DNA from: a virus | IMG/VR virus record: IMGVR_UViG_3300037851_000359 | Location: 1-64,000 of that record | DNA: 64,000 nucleotides | Strand: one strand, 5' to 3' | Shown: one piece after another, positions 47,782 through 57,761 of the stretch | Numbering within the stretch: the stretch's first letter is position 1 | Layout: every line of letters begins with the position of its first letter | Translations under genes and position numbers: made by a program | Notes under the pieces: model-generated | Database searches by the model: none | What the model was told of the DNA's origin: nothing | The model's input: the letters and a program-made list of their open reading frames with translations, nothing else

Positions 47782-48264
47782 TTATCCTTCGTTTATAATA
47801 TTATATGTTCCATCTACTTTTATTTTCCAATTGACAATTTTTGTCAATGGCATTTTTTCATTTTTAATATAATCAGGGAACCAATAATACGTTCCATTTT
47901 CATTTATTTCAGAATTAAATTGAATATTTAACGAAAATTGATACATATTATCAGTTGTTCCTATTATATAAATATGATAATATTCCGAAAATTTATTATT
48001 ACTAACAAAATTAAAATCAATTGGAGCGATAACAACCCCATTGTCATATTTTTCCCAATATTGATTTAAAGTGACTTTTCCAATTTCTTTCATTCCGTCA
48101 ACCACAACTAATGATATTTGATAATACTGACTTTCAATAACTTGATGATATTTAATAGTATGTTCTTCAGTTTCTTCTGGGGGTGTGGTATTTAAATAAT
48201 CCTTTTTAGTTGCACAAGACATTAAAAATAATAAAAACACTAAAAGTTTTTTCATAATATCCAC
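47782..48264 (-). CDS. Lipoprotein
   Basis: MKKLLVFLLFLMS-C lipobox. Confidence 0.75.
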   Translation of the reverse strand: MDIMKKLLVFLLFLMSCATKKDYLNTTPPEETEEHTIKYHQVIESQYYQISLVVVDGMKEIGKVTLNQYWEKYDNGVVIAPIDFNFVSNNKFSEYYHIYIIGTTDNMYQFSLNIQFNSEINENGTYYWFPDYIKNEKMPLTKIVNWKIKVDGTYNIINEG

Positions 48265-48316
48265 CCAATACTAAAGACGACTATAAAATAATTTCTGGAC
48301 TATTATAAATAATAAC

Positions 48317-48529
48317 ATGAAAGATATTAATTATTATTTAGTCAAACAAGATGATCAATCGTATGCTTTTTATCAATTAATCAAAGATAATGATAATTAT
48401 TATTTTGTATCACAACATAAACAATATTTAGAAGGTTATTGTTTAGATGATCTAAAAATAAAATTTAAATTATTTGAAAAAGCTATGGAAAATTGTATTA
48501 ATTATTCTGATATTAAAAAATTATGTTGA
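48317..48529 (+). CDS. Hypothetical late protein
   Basis: Late promoter 48304..48311. Confidence 0.6.
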   Translation: MKDINYYLVKQDDQSYAFYQLIKDNDNYYFVSQHKQYLEGYCLDDLKIKFKLFEKAMENCINYSDIKKLC

Positions 48530-48912
48530 AATTGTTTATAACAATTGGTAATCATATTATAATCTTTAATATGTAAATATTTTATATCTTCAATACAAAC
48601 TATTTTATTATATTTTTTATAAACTACTCCAGAGCATAATTTTAGAGTTGAAAACCAATCTAAATAATTTTTATTATCTATTCGAATATAAGACAATTTA
48701 TATTGATCTTCAATAGATAAATTATGATAATTTATTGCATACCCATGTTCATCTATTTTAATATAAGGATAATCATGATGATCTATTGGATGACTTTGTT
48801 CAATAGGATAATCATATTTTAAAAATATTTTAGCCTCTTCAAGAGTCAAATTTAAAGAATCAGTATCATATTGGGAACCGTACCCAAAAGTTATAATTGA
48901 TCGTTCTTCCAT
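48502..48912 (-). CDS. Hypothetical protein
   Basis: 136-aa ORF. Confidence 0.6.
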   Translation of the reverse strand: MEERSIITFGYGSQYDTDSLNLTLEEAKIFLKYDYPIEQSHPIDHHDYPYIKIDEHGYAINYHNLSIEDQYKLSYIRIDNKNYLDWFSTLKLCSGVVYKKYNKIVCIEDIKYLHIKDYNMITNCYKQFQHNFLISE

Positions 48913-48916
48913 TGGA

Positions 48917-49408
48917 TTATTTCCTTAATTTATTAATAAGGTGGATAACTTTATCTTTTTCAAATGAGGATAATGAATCAATAAACAATTTTCCATTCAG
49001 ATGATCAATTTCATGTTGAACAACTATAGCAAATAATCCTTTACAATGATATTCCTGATCTTTATTTTCAATATCTTTATATTTCAACGTTAATTCTTGG
49101 AATCTTTTATTTTTTGCAGTTATTTTAGGCAATGATAAACAAGATTCTTTATAAAATATTTGTCCAACAGGATTTACAATAGAAGGATTAAAAATCATTT
49201 CTGGGCAATCAGAAGGCAAGGAATTAGATTTCTTAACCACAAAAAAGGATTCTAACATTCCAACTTGTTTAGCAGCAAGAGCATATCCATTCAATAAATT
49301 GCATTCTTTGATCATCTGAACGCAAGTATCAAAATATTTCGATGGATCATCCACCGGAATTGATACGTTATACAAAAATGGGTCAGGATATTTAATTAAT
49401 TGTTTCAT
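48917..49408 (-). CDS. def: Peptide deformylase
   Basis: GYALAAKQVG, ESCLSLP, QHEIDHLNG. Confidence 0.93.
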   Translation of the reverse strand: MKQLIKYPDPFLYNVSIPVDDPSKYFDTCVQMIKECNLLNGYALAAKQVGMLESFFVVKKSNSLPSDCPEMIFNPSIVNPVGQIFYKESCLSLPKITAKNKRFQELTLKYKDIENKDQEYHCKGLFAIVVQHEIDHLNGKLFIDSLSSFEKDKVIHLINKLRK

Positions 49409-49429
49409 GGGTCATATTATGCATATAAA

Positions 49430-49822
49430 TTAATTTATGTCAAGATATTTCTGTGTATCAAAATAATGATTTTTTGTTCTTAAAAACATATTTTCAACTC
49501 TTAAAAATGATGTTTCATTATCAAAAATATGACAATAATTAAGAGATTTTATAGTTTTTAATTTATTAAATACTTCAAAATTTTTGTTATTAACATCATT
49601 ATCAATTTTAGTTGATGATATTAAAATAACATTTCCTGGCAAATTTTTAATATCTTGCCAAGTTATTGATTCTAATTGTTTCCAATAATTTATCAATTTT
49701 TTATTAGAAAATTTATGAATCCATAGATAATCTTGAAAACCATATTCCTCACTAATTAAACAAAGTTTTTCATTATTTTTTAATTTTAGATTAAAATTCT
49801 TTAAAAATATTTTATAATTCAT
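49430..49822 (-). CDS. Hypothetical protein
   Basis: 130-aa ORF. Confidence 0.6.
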   Translation of the reverse strand: MNYKIFLKNFNLKLKNNEKLCLISEEYGFQDYLWIHKFSNKKLINYWKQLESITWQDIKNLPGNVILISSTKIDNDVNNKNFEVFNKLKTIKSLNYCHIFDNETSFLRVENMFLRTKNHYFDTQKYLDIN

Positions 49823-50103
49823 TGGAACATTCCTTCCTCGTCAAAGTTTGCGATTTCTAATAATATATCGCCATGGCATTTTTTTGGCGAACAATAACAA
49901 ACTAAATCTTTTCCTTTTAATTCTTTTTTAGCATCACTTAATAATTCAGGTTGATTCATTATCCAGTTTTTGTATTTCGCTATAACTTCTGTCCTTGTTC
50001 CATCTTTTCCAATGATAAACGGATTTCCCCATTTTGATGGGCGACCAATAAAAACTGATCCGGCAGGAATATTATCTTTAGAACGATTTAAAACTTTAGG
50101 CAT
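49819..50103 (-). CDS. DUF4326-family protein
   Basis: IGRPSKWGNPF...LKGKDLVCYCSPKKCHGDIL. Confidence 0.9.
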   Translation of the reverse strand: MPKVLNRSKDNIPAGSVFIGRPSKWGNPFIIGKDGTRTEVIAKYKNWIMNQPELLSDAKKELKGKDLVCYCSPKKCHGDILLEIANFDEEGMFQ

Positions 50104-50542
50104 ATTTTTTTAAATTTTTTATTAAAAATTCATAATAATCAGTTAAATTATTAAAATTATCTGGAACACGATTCCAACAATTTGGATGTTGAATAACATT
50201 TTTATAATTATTATCTATTAATAATTTAAACATTTGATCTGATTTTTCGATATTTAATGAATGAATAACAATTAATTTAAAAGAATCTAAAATATCTTTT
50301 CGAATAGTTAATAAATACTCTAACAAATCCATTCCTGTTTCGTCAGGAAGAATTGAATATTCTAAATCATGATCCAGCATTAAAATGTCATATTTTAAAT
50401 TACCGGCATAAATTTTTTCTAAAAGATCAACAGCATAAGAATAGGTCGTTTCTCTACAAATAATAGAATTACTTAAAACTTTTTTAAGTTTTTTGAATCT
50501 ATCGTCATCGTCTTCAAGCATGAATATATGCATGGGCATCAT
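50096..50542 (-). CDS. Cyclic-phosphate-processing receiver-like domain protein
   Basis: MLEDD..R, LDHDL, TGMD, IHSLN. Confidence 0.75.
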   Translation of the reverse strand: MMPMHIFMLEDDDDRFKKLKKVLSNSIICRETTYSYAVDLLEKIYAGNLKYDILMLDHDLEYSILPDETGMDLLEYLLTIRKDILDSFKLIVIHSLNIEKSDQMFKLLIDNNYKNVIQHPNCWNRVPDNFNNLTDYYEFLIKNLKKYA

Positions 50543-50557
50543 TCTCGGTTTAAAAAA

Positions 50558-50980
50558 TTATAAGTCAACATGTTTCTTCAACCAAACCTGAAGATAACCA
50601 GTACAATTAACAAATTTATTAATAGTTTCTAAATCTATTTTATTATTTTTAACGTCATCAACAGAAAATGAAATTATTGTTAGGTTATCTTTGACAATAG
50701 ATAAATTTTTCATAATATCATCTTTTTCAATAGGGGCGGTAAATAATCCAGAAGAATTCATTAATTCAATATTTTTTTCAATTTCCTCAAAATTTGGATT
50801 TGAGTATTTTTGGACCATTTCTTTAAAACTATTATAAACATTTTCTTTTGAACCATGTTTTAAAACAACATAAAATTCGGAATCATATAAAAATGATACT
50901 ATTGATCCGCAATCAATAGTATCATGTGGCATTTCAAAATAAAACTTATCATTTTTTAGATAATAATAAAAATCATCCAT
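50558..50980 (-). CDS. Hypothetical protein
   Basis: 140-aa ORF. Confidence 0.6.
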   Translation of the reverse strand: MDDFYYYLKNDKFYFEMPHDTIDCGSIVSFLYDSEFYVVLKHGSKENVYNSFKEMVQKYSNPNFEEIEKNIELMNSSGLFTAPIEKDDIMKNLSIVKDNLTIISFSVDDVKNNKIDLETINKFVNCTGYLQVWLKKHVDL

Positions 50981-50991
50981 GATAATATTCC

Positions 50992-51432
50992 TTAGTTATT
51001 TTGCAAGAATGATTCGATATTATTTAATTCTAATTCAGTTTTTGCTTCTTCGCTTATTAATGAATTGAGTTGTTGTTGTGTTTTATCTAGTTGTGCAGAT
51101 TTTTTATTATATTTAATCAAATCAATTCGTTGTTTAAAATCATGAATCCAATCATTTATTGAAAAATTTGATACCATTAATGGTTCAGTATTAACATTAA
51201 GAATAGAAGATGCTTTATTATAATAATCTTGAATTATTAAAATTTTTGACATAATTTCGATTATTGATTGAATATCATTAAGAGTATTCAGGTTATAACT
51301 TTCATTTGAAAGTTTTAGAATAGCATTTGTTTTAAATGATATTTTTGGTTTTGATCCCAAATTCTTTTTTTGGGTTTCAACCATTTCTAATAGTTGTTTG
51401 ATTTTTTGATCATTATTTGTTTTCGGTGTCAT
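50992..51432 (-). CDS. Hypothetical coiled-coil phage protein
   Basis: 146-aa ORF coupled to the upstream gene. Confidence 0.7.
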   Translation of the reverse strand: MTPKTNNDQKIKQLLEMVETQKKNLGSKPKISFKTNAILKLSNESYNLNTLNDIQSIIEIMSKILIIQDYYNKASSILNVNTEPLMVSNFSINDWIHDFKQRIDLIKYNKKSAQLDKTQQQLNSLISEEAKTELELNNIESFLQNN

Positions 51433-52598
51433 ATAAAATCTCCTGAATCTATATTGGTTTTTATTCCATATTTATTTACGGCCATCATATAATATAAATT
51501 ATACAAATTCGAAGTGATCACAGTTATATCTTGCTGACTATGCCAATAATTATAATTTCTGGAAGTTTTTGTATATTCTAATTTAGTATTATCTATTATT
51601 TTAATAGTTGAAATTTCATCATATGGCTTAGAAATATACATTGTTTTATTTCTGCAATCAGACATATAAGAATATAATTTCAATTCATTATCATTTAAAA
51701 ATTTAAATACTGTTTGACTTCTATGATCTAGTTTTTCTTGATATTTACTAGGATCATCTATTTTAATCAATTCCAACCGTTCAATAGGAGAACATAATAA
51801 TGATTTTGTAATATCTTCATATGAATTGGCGAAAGATTCATGAATAGTATCATCTTCCCTATGAGAAATTTTAGAAAAAGAATCTTCTAACAGATATTCA
51901 TATGTATGTTCAGAATATCTACTATTATAAAACATAGAACCATTATAATATGAAGAAGTATGATTCTTGCCAAGTATTTTAAAAATATGTTTTTTACCAA
52001 GATTTTTATGTTCTGCTATATGGGTTTCGGTATTATACACCCACCGATAAATATCATGCCTTCCTAAATATAAAACTCGTTCAAGATCTTTTTTAATAAT
52101 ATAAACACATCCTTCTGTAATATCAGATTTGGCAATTTTATGAGATTGTATATTAGTATATTTAATAGATTCTTGATAATCTTTAGAAGATGCAGGCAAT
52201 AATACTAATTCTTTTCCATCCCAAGCATATACAAAATCGCCTTCTAATCCTTTTCCTTTAACGCTGGAACATTCTTGTAATATAAACAATAAATTTTCTA
52301 CCGTTATTTCAAATTCAAAATCTCTCGGATCATAAACCCGAACATGAGCATGACGATGCCGAAACCAATCACCATGATAATCCCCAACTTTTTTATTCAA
52401 AACAAATCCTGATGTTGGGGTATTATCAAAATCATTTGTCTCTATTTGTTTATCTCGCCATGAATTCCAGCTTGTTTCTTTTCTAAGAATATTTTTTTGG
52501 TCATAATAAATAACATATGCCAATTTTTTTGTATAAGTATCTTTACGGTTTTGATAACCAACTTTTATTTTCGTTGGTATAAATAATTTACTATTCAT
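51429..52598 (-). CDS. Conserved hypothetical phage protein
   Basis: KVGYQNR...LRKETSWNSWRD...VYDPRDFEFEI..NL. Confidence 0.75.
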   Translation of the reverse strand: MNSKLFIPTKIKVGYQNRKDTYTKKLAYVIYYDQKNILRKETSWNSWRDKQIETNDFDNTPTSGFVLNKKVGDYHGDWFRHRHAHVRVYDPRDFEFEITVENLLFILQECSSVKGKGLEGDFVYAWDGKELVLLPASSKDYQESIKYTNIQSHKIAKSDITEGCVYIIKKDLERVLYLGRHDIYRWVYNTETHIAEHKNLGKKHIFKILGKNHTSSYYNGSMFYNSRYSEHTYEYLLEDSFSKISHREDDTIHESFANSYEDITKSLLCSPIERLELIKIDDPSKYQEKLDHRSQTVFKFLNDNELKLYSYMSDCRNKTMYISKPYDEISTIKIIDNTKLEYTKTSRNYNYWHSQQDITVITSNLYNLYYMMAVNKYGIKTNIDSGDFI

Positions 52599-54718
52599 TT
52601 GATTATTTCCTTGAATTGTGATTCCGTATTTTTAAATTTTTCTAATAATTCATTTTCGCATTCAGAATACATCATTTGAATTTCAGGATCATTAAAATTA
52701 TAAATTCGATCTTCAAATGAGGTAGTTTCAACACGATCCAAGAATCTGGTTTTAAAATCTGCTAAATCTTTTCCATAAATATGATAAGAATCTGCCTGCC
52801 AATTCAACCGACCCATTTTAATATTCCAATTAGTTTTATCTTGAATTGGTTTAATAATGGATTGTTTGATAAATTGAATAAACCCAAATTGATTCATAAA
52901 ATTTGCTGAGAAAGCATCATTACTACGGAAACGAATATTTGTATTGAGATAATAAATGCCATTATCTTCTAACAACCGGAACCATAAGGATTGAAGGCAA
53001 TTATGAACTATATGATTATTAACAATTATAGCATGATCATTATGTGTAACTTCAAAATCATATACATCATCAACACAATTATGGGTTATTTTTGTAATTG
53101 GTAAATACAATATATTGTTTTGTATTTTAAAGTTTATAGATCTCCATCGGATTGACGGAATTTTATTAAATGCTCTATGGCAACTATAACCATATTTTTT
53201 AAATATTTCTTTAATTGGAATTCCGTTTATTTTATCAGAATTAATCCTTTTATATAATTCTATTTGTTCATCGTGTTTTTTCTGAGTTTTATTTATTATA
53301 GATTTGGCAACTATATATTTTAATTGTTTTCTGCTATCCAATCGAAAATCTATTTTTTCTAACAATAATTTTATACTATAAAAATCATTAACATATAATT
53401 TATAAGTTGGATTTTTTGATTTATTTGAATAAGATATATGTCTACTATATGTAATACCAAATTCATTTAACAATTCTTCAACATAATCAATACATTTTTT
53501 CCAATTCATACCAAGTTGTATTGATATTTTTCCATTTTTTGTAATATAAATACATCCCTCTGCGGAATACAAACCAATCAAAAATTGAATTTTTTGTTCA
53601 TAATTTAATTTAAATTGTTTGATTATCATATTTTGATTTATTTTTTTGCCAACTATACAACCAATATTCGCCAGTTTTTCATATAATTCTTTTGAAGCAA
53701 CATAAATTTTTTTAGTAGTACCACCTGTTTTAACCATTGCGGATTTTATAAATTTTTCTTTACATATTATTTTATTATTTGTATTTTTTGATAAATAATT
53801 ATAAATCCAAGAATCATCACTGTCTTTATGCATTGAAAAACACACATCATGACGTTTTATATTTCTTGAATGATTTTTTCCACTTGATAACCACCCATCA
53901 CCATGCATAAATCCCAACACATGATAATCAGTAACCTCTTTACAATTGTCAACTAGCGCAACATAATCTAAAATTTTTAATTTATTTGCTTCTATCCAGT
54001 TACCAGAATCAGAATATATTAATTGGTCGGGTGATACTATAATTTTATCATAATCAGTTTTAAATTCAATAGTTTTAGATTTTTTAGTAAAAAATTTAGT
54101 AACGATATCAATCTTATATTTGCGTTCTGTAAAATCATATACAAATATTTCGTCCCCATTTTTTAATTTTTCTATCTCTATTTCACCTTTTGGGGTCTTT
54201 ACTAATGATCCTCTGGCAAAACATGCAGGATCATAGCAATTTGTGTCAAACCTAGGATCCCAGGTAATCATTTGAGCTTGTCTAGTAAATGGTTGATTAA
54301 TCAATTTATTAACAACAATTTTTATTTGGTCTATATTTTCGCCAAGCCATGATATTAAAGTATCAGAAGATTTATATTTAATACGACCCCAATGACGCAA
54401 ACGACCAGAATAAGTATATTCCCATCTGGTATCATGTTCATCATTATAATTTTTTATCCAACCATCTTTAACACCCATCAATTCAAAAACATATTCCCGC
54501 AAATCTTCAATACCACCAGGAAAACATTTATGAATCATTGGATCGCTATCTGGTTCTAAAGTAGTCATATTCATTGTACAATCTTTTGATAACGGATCAC
54601 CGGGTTTATCATATTGGGTTTTAAATTCGACCCCATTTTTCCATAATTCTAACAATGATTTTTCATAGGTTTCGGCTAGGGATTTACCCTCGACATGAAG
54701 TACCGGGATGTTTTTCAT
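52595..54718 (-). CDS. Divergent (archaeal-type) thymidylate synthase / dUMP hydroxymethylase family protein containing an intein
   Basis: YTYSGRL, DQI, TRQAQ..TW, DPA/CLQ, RFRSNDA...N, SYHIY; 299 aa after splicing. Confidence 0.85.
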   Translation of the reverse strand: MKNIPVLHVEGKSLAETYEKSLLELWKNGVEFKTQYDKPGDPLSKDCTMNMTTLEPDSDPMIHKCFPGGIEDLREYVFELMGVKDGWIKNYNDEHDTRWEYTYSGRLRHWGRIKYKSSDTLISWLGENIDQIKIVVNKLINQPFTRQAQMITWDPRFDTNCYDPACFARGSLVKTPKGEIEIEKLKNGDEIFVYDFTERKYKIDIVTKFFTKKSKTIEFKTDYDKIIVSPDQLIYSDSGNWIEANKLKILDYVALVDNCKEVTDYHVLGFMHGDGWLSSGKNHSRNIKRHDVCFSMHKDSDDSWIYNYLSKNTNNKIICKEKFIKSAMVKTGGTTKKIYVASKELYEKLANIGCIVGKKINQNMIIKQFKLNYEQKIQFLIGLYSAEGCIYITKNGKISIQLGMNWKKCIDYVEELLNEFGITYSRHISYSNKSKNPTYKLYVNDFYSIKLLLEKIDFRLDSRKQLKYIVAKSIINKTQKKHDEQIELYKRINSDKINGIPIKEIFKKYGYSCHRAFNKIPSIRWRSINFKIQNNILYLPITKITHNCVDDVYDFEVTHNDHAIIVNNHIVHNCLQSLWFRLLEDNGIYYLNTNIRFRSNDAFSANFMNQFGFIQFIKQSIIKPIQDKTNWNIKMGRLNWQADSYHIYGKDLADFKTRFLDRVETTSFEDRIYNFNDPEIQMMYSECENELLEKFKNTESQFKEIIK
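53000..54223 (-). mobile_element. 408-aa intein with a LAGLIDADG homing endonuclease
   Basis: CFARGSLV N-terminus; VYDFEV...IVHN/C C-terminus; LGFMHGDG and LIGLYSAEG motifs. Confidence 0.93.
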
Positions 54719-54764
54719 AGTTTTCCTTCCGTGGTTTATGATTCTACATTGTTGTTTATTATTG

Positions 54765-55085
54765 TCAAGTTGTTAGCCAGTTATGCATAAAATTAATATA
54801 CATTAATATTACCCATATGATTAATGATGTAAAAGTATTCGTTAACAATTTAAACCCAATGGTTTCAATAATATTTCCTATGTCAACCCCACTAGAAGCA
54901 TTTCCCGTATCAGATGATGTTTTTTTGTTTAATGTTTTCATATTCATAATCAAAGGCGTAATTCTTCCTGAAAACATGTCAACTATTAAACAAGAATATT
55001 TAAGATAAAAGGGAATAAAAAAGAAATTTAAAAGCATAAAATGGGTTGTTGATAATTCTGGCATATCATAAATACCCTCAAAAAA
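54765..55085 (-). pseudogene. 3' part of a membrane-protein gene split by the TnpB element
   Basis: Joins in frame with 56461..56565 when the element is removed (...NFLKV/FFEGIYDMPELS...). Confidence 0.75.
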
Positions 55086-55200
55086 CAGTTACCAAATTAA
55101 TGGAAAAGTATTCCATTTTGGTTAGTTGTTGGGGAAAGTGGGACTGTAAACTCCACACCATCTAAAGTATAGAATCCGGTTTCTTTCCAGTAAAACCCTT
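55086..55200 (-). ncRNA. Putative omegaRNA scaffold at the right end
   Basis: GGAGTTTACAGTCCC and terminal hairpin ACCAAAATGGAA...TTCCATTAATTTGGT just before the element end; 5' limit uncertain. Confidence 0.55.
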
Positions 55201-56388
55201 TTCTATTTAACTTTAGATTCCGTAATTTCAGAGGTATATCGGGTAAGTTCTGTTGGTGATTGCATGATGCATTATAATCTGCATCATTGGAAAATCCACA
55301 ACCACTACAAACATATAACTTTCCCTTCCTATTACTATTACGGACCAAACCGCAATTACTACAACGTTGACTTCGATAGGTGCAACTTTGCAAGGTTACA
55401 TGGACGCCACTGACCTCGCAGATACTTATTAATTTATCTCTAATCACTGTGTTAGTCCAGTGTTTTAGTAGTCGAGAGGTATTTTTTCTATAATTTATAT
55501 TATATATTTCTTCTAATTTAACATGTTTAATATTTTGTAGTTGTAATTGGTTGATTGACCAATTGATAAAGTTTTTTCTATGTTGTTGAGCTTTTTGCCT
55601 TTTTTTCTTTTTGCCATATGTTCAAGTATTGAATCTAGTGAATGCCCATGAATATCAGTTTTTGGAGTACTTTGTTGATCAGAAAAGGACATAATAGTTT
55701 TCTTGCCCTGGTCTGCGCCAACGTCAATTCCGTCTTTTTTCTTTTCTATTTCCTTTCTCCATCTGAAGTTAACAAAGTTTTCAGTAAATAGGAATGATTT
55801 TAACAAGTCCCAGGTTTTATATTTTTTATTTTGTCTATGGAATTTAATAGGGATTCTGATGGCCCCAAATTCCTCCCCAAGAGATTTCAGATGAATAAAT
55901 CCATCAAATTCATTAGATTTAATGGGTTTAAATTCGCAACATATTGAATTTATTTCAGGGTTAAAGTTATCTAGTGAAGGTTTAGTAAGAGGTTTTTGAA
56001 TAATCGTGAATAGTTTATGATTATAGAGGTTATTTTGTAGTAATTTATTGAATATATAGATTCTTTTTCTGGGTTTTTCGGTATTTGCTTTAATAATACC
56101 AAGTACTTGAGTGAGGATACATTTTTTAGTTCTAGCGGACAATTTTGAAGAGAAGTTTTTAATATTTGCTTCGATATTTACATTTGATAGCATAGAAGGT
56201 ATATTGAGTTCATTTTTTCTGATAGAGAAGTAGTTATTTTTGTCATTTATTTGGTAGTTTATATCATTATTCCAGAGGTAATCAAGGTATTGTTGAGCAG
56301 TTGATTTGCATTCATCTAAGAATTTAAGATAGTTAGAATATTTATTAGTATTCATAAATTTCAGGGAGTGTGAGGTAGTTCTAATCAT
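55097..56388 (-). CDS. tnpB: TnpB RNA-guided nuclease split by a -1 frameshift
   Basis: RuvC-I VGADQG in ORF 55513..56388; RuvC-II KLEEI, CSNC/CSGC and RuvC-III DADYNAS in the -1 frame. Confidence 0.85.
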
Positions 56389-56460
56389 TTTATTATATTT
56401 ATATCTTTATTATACTATATTTTTAAACATTTTTCTATGACTACGGGGAAAAGACTTGAA

Positions 56461-56565
56461 CACCTTTAAAAAATTAGTATATGCATATTGCTCAGGCAAC
56501 GCCCAAAAAAACGAAAAAATAAATGGCCCAGCTAAAATCATTAATAATAGTATTAAAAATTTCAT
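56461..56565 (-). pseudogene. 5' part of the membrane-protein gene interrupted by the TnpB element
   Basis: AAGGA RBS; MKFLILLLMILAGPFIFSFFWALPEQYAYTNFLKV. Confidence 0.72.
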
Positions 56566-56587
56566 GGCATTTCCTTACGTTAAAATG

Positions 56588-57526
56588 TTAGATGGCTACA
56601 GGAACATTCATTTTTGGTAACGGATCATATTCTTCTAATTTAAAATCTTCAATAGTATAATCATAAATAGAATTTTTATTATTTAATTTTAATATTGGTG
56701 ATTTTATAATAGGACGATTCAAATATTCTTTAACAAAATCATTATGATTTAAATAAATATGCGCATTTCCAGAGATATGAATTAACTTAGATGGGGTCAT
56801 ATTAACCTGTTGAGCAATCATATAAGTATAAAAGGTAGCACCTTGCAAATTAGTTGATAAATTACCAATAAACATATCTGAACTCCGTTGATACATAACA
56901 CAAGTTAATTTATTAAATATATTATTTTCATCCGGTTCTGCTATAAATTGGTATGTATGATGGCATGGGGGCAATTTAACTTTATTTAATGTATCAGGAC
57001 GCCAAAAAGTAAATAATATACGTCTGGAAGATGGGTTGGTTTTTAATTCATTTATAACATAATCTATTTGGTTAAACCCTTTATTGTTCTCTAAGTCATT
57101 CAAATCAGCACCAAAATGGATTAAATTAGGACCATATCCATATCCAATGCTTGATTTATCAAAACCTTGAGAGGTTGCCCATTCTTCATCCCGCCAATAA
57201 TCCCATATTTTTGATCCCATCTTATTTAAATCATCAATCTTATCAGAACCAGTTAAAAACCATAAATATTCTTTTAACATAGACGACCAAACCGTTTTTC
57301 GTCTCGTTGGTATTGGAATCCTTTTAGAAATATCAACTACAGTTTTTATTCCAGGTAAAAACTTTATTCCCACACCAGTACGATCTTTTGATACAATGCC
57401 ATTATTTAAAACATTTTCTAAATTATTATCAAAATCCATTAAAACATAATCAAGATTATCTACAATTTTTCGATAATCATTGATAATTTTTTCTTCTGTA
57501 TAATTTTTAGTTATTAAATTATTCAT
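56588..57526 (-). CDS. thyA: Thymidylate synthase
   Basis: DRTGVG, EYLWFLTG, IWDYW, SRRI, LPPCH, YQRSSD, AHIYLNH. Confidence 0.95.
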   Translation of the reverse strand: MNNLITKNYTEEKIINDYRKIVDNLDYVLMDFDNNLENVLNNGIVSKDRTGVGIKFLPGIKTVVDISKRIPIPTRRKTVWSSMLKEYLWFLTGSDKIDDLNKMGSKIWDYWRDEEWATSQGFDKSSIGYGYGPNLIHFGADLNDLENNKGFNQIDYVINELKTNPSSRRILFTFWRPDTLNKVKLPPCHHTYQFIAEPDENNIFNKLTCVMYQRSSDMFIGNLSTNLQGATFYTYMIAQQVNMTPSKLIHISGNAHIYLNHNDFVKEYLNRPIIKSPILKLNNKNSIYDYTIEDFKLEEYDPLPKMNVPVAI

Positions 57527-57761
57527 TTTTTAGCTTTCCTTCATGTTTTTCTAATTCTTTTTTAAGAATATCTAAAGAATTATACAAATCCATGAATATA
57601 GCATCTTCAATACGATCAATATTTTCATGATAATTACCATCATAGGTTTTGATATATGTTTTATCCTGCAATAATCGTAAATTATGATGAGCATTATCTA
57701 AGCATTCTGTTATTTCCGTTATACTTTGCAACATTTTATCAATTTTTCTTGAATTAATCAT
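57519..57761 (-). CDS. Hypothetical protein
   Basis: 80-aa coupled ORF. Confidence 0.6.
   Translation of the reverse strand: MINSRKIDKMLQSITEITECLDNAHHNLRLLQDKTYIKTYDGNYHENIDRIEDAIFMDLYNSLDILKKELEKHEGKLKNE

Larger units (their letters stand above)
55086..56460 (-). mobile_element. Non-autonomous TnpB-only element (IS607/IS605-type), about 1375 bp
   Basis: Left end shared with the copy at 1..112; removal restores an ORF; TGTT microhomology at both junctions; no tnpA. Confidence 0.85.

Noticed and set aside
55086-56460. IStron (group I intron plus TnpB)
   Set aside because: Only about 72 nt separate the left end from the tnpB ATG, leaving no room for a group I ribozyme core, and none is recognisable.
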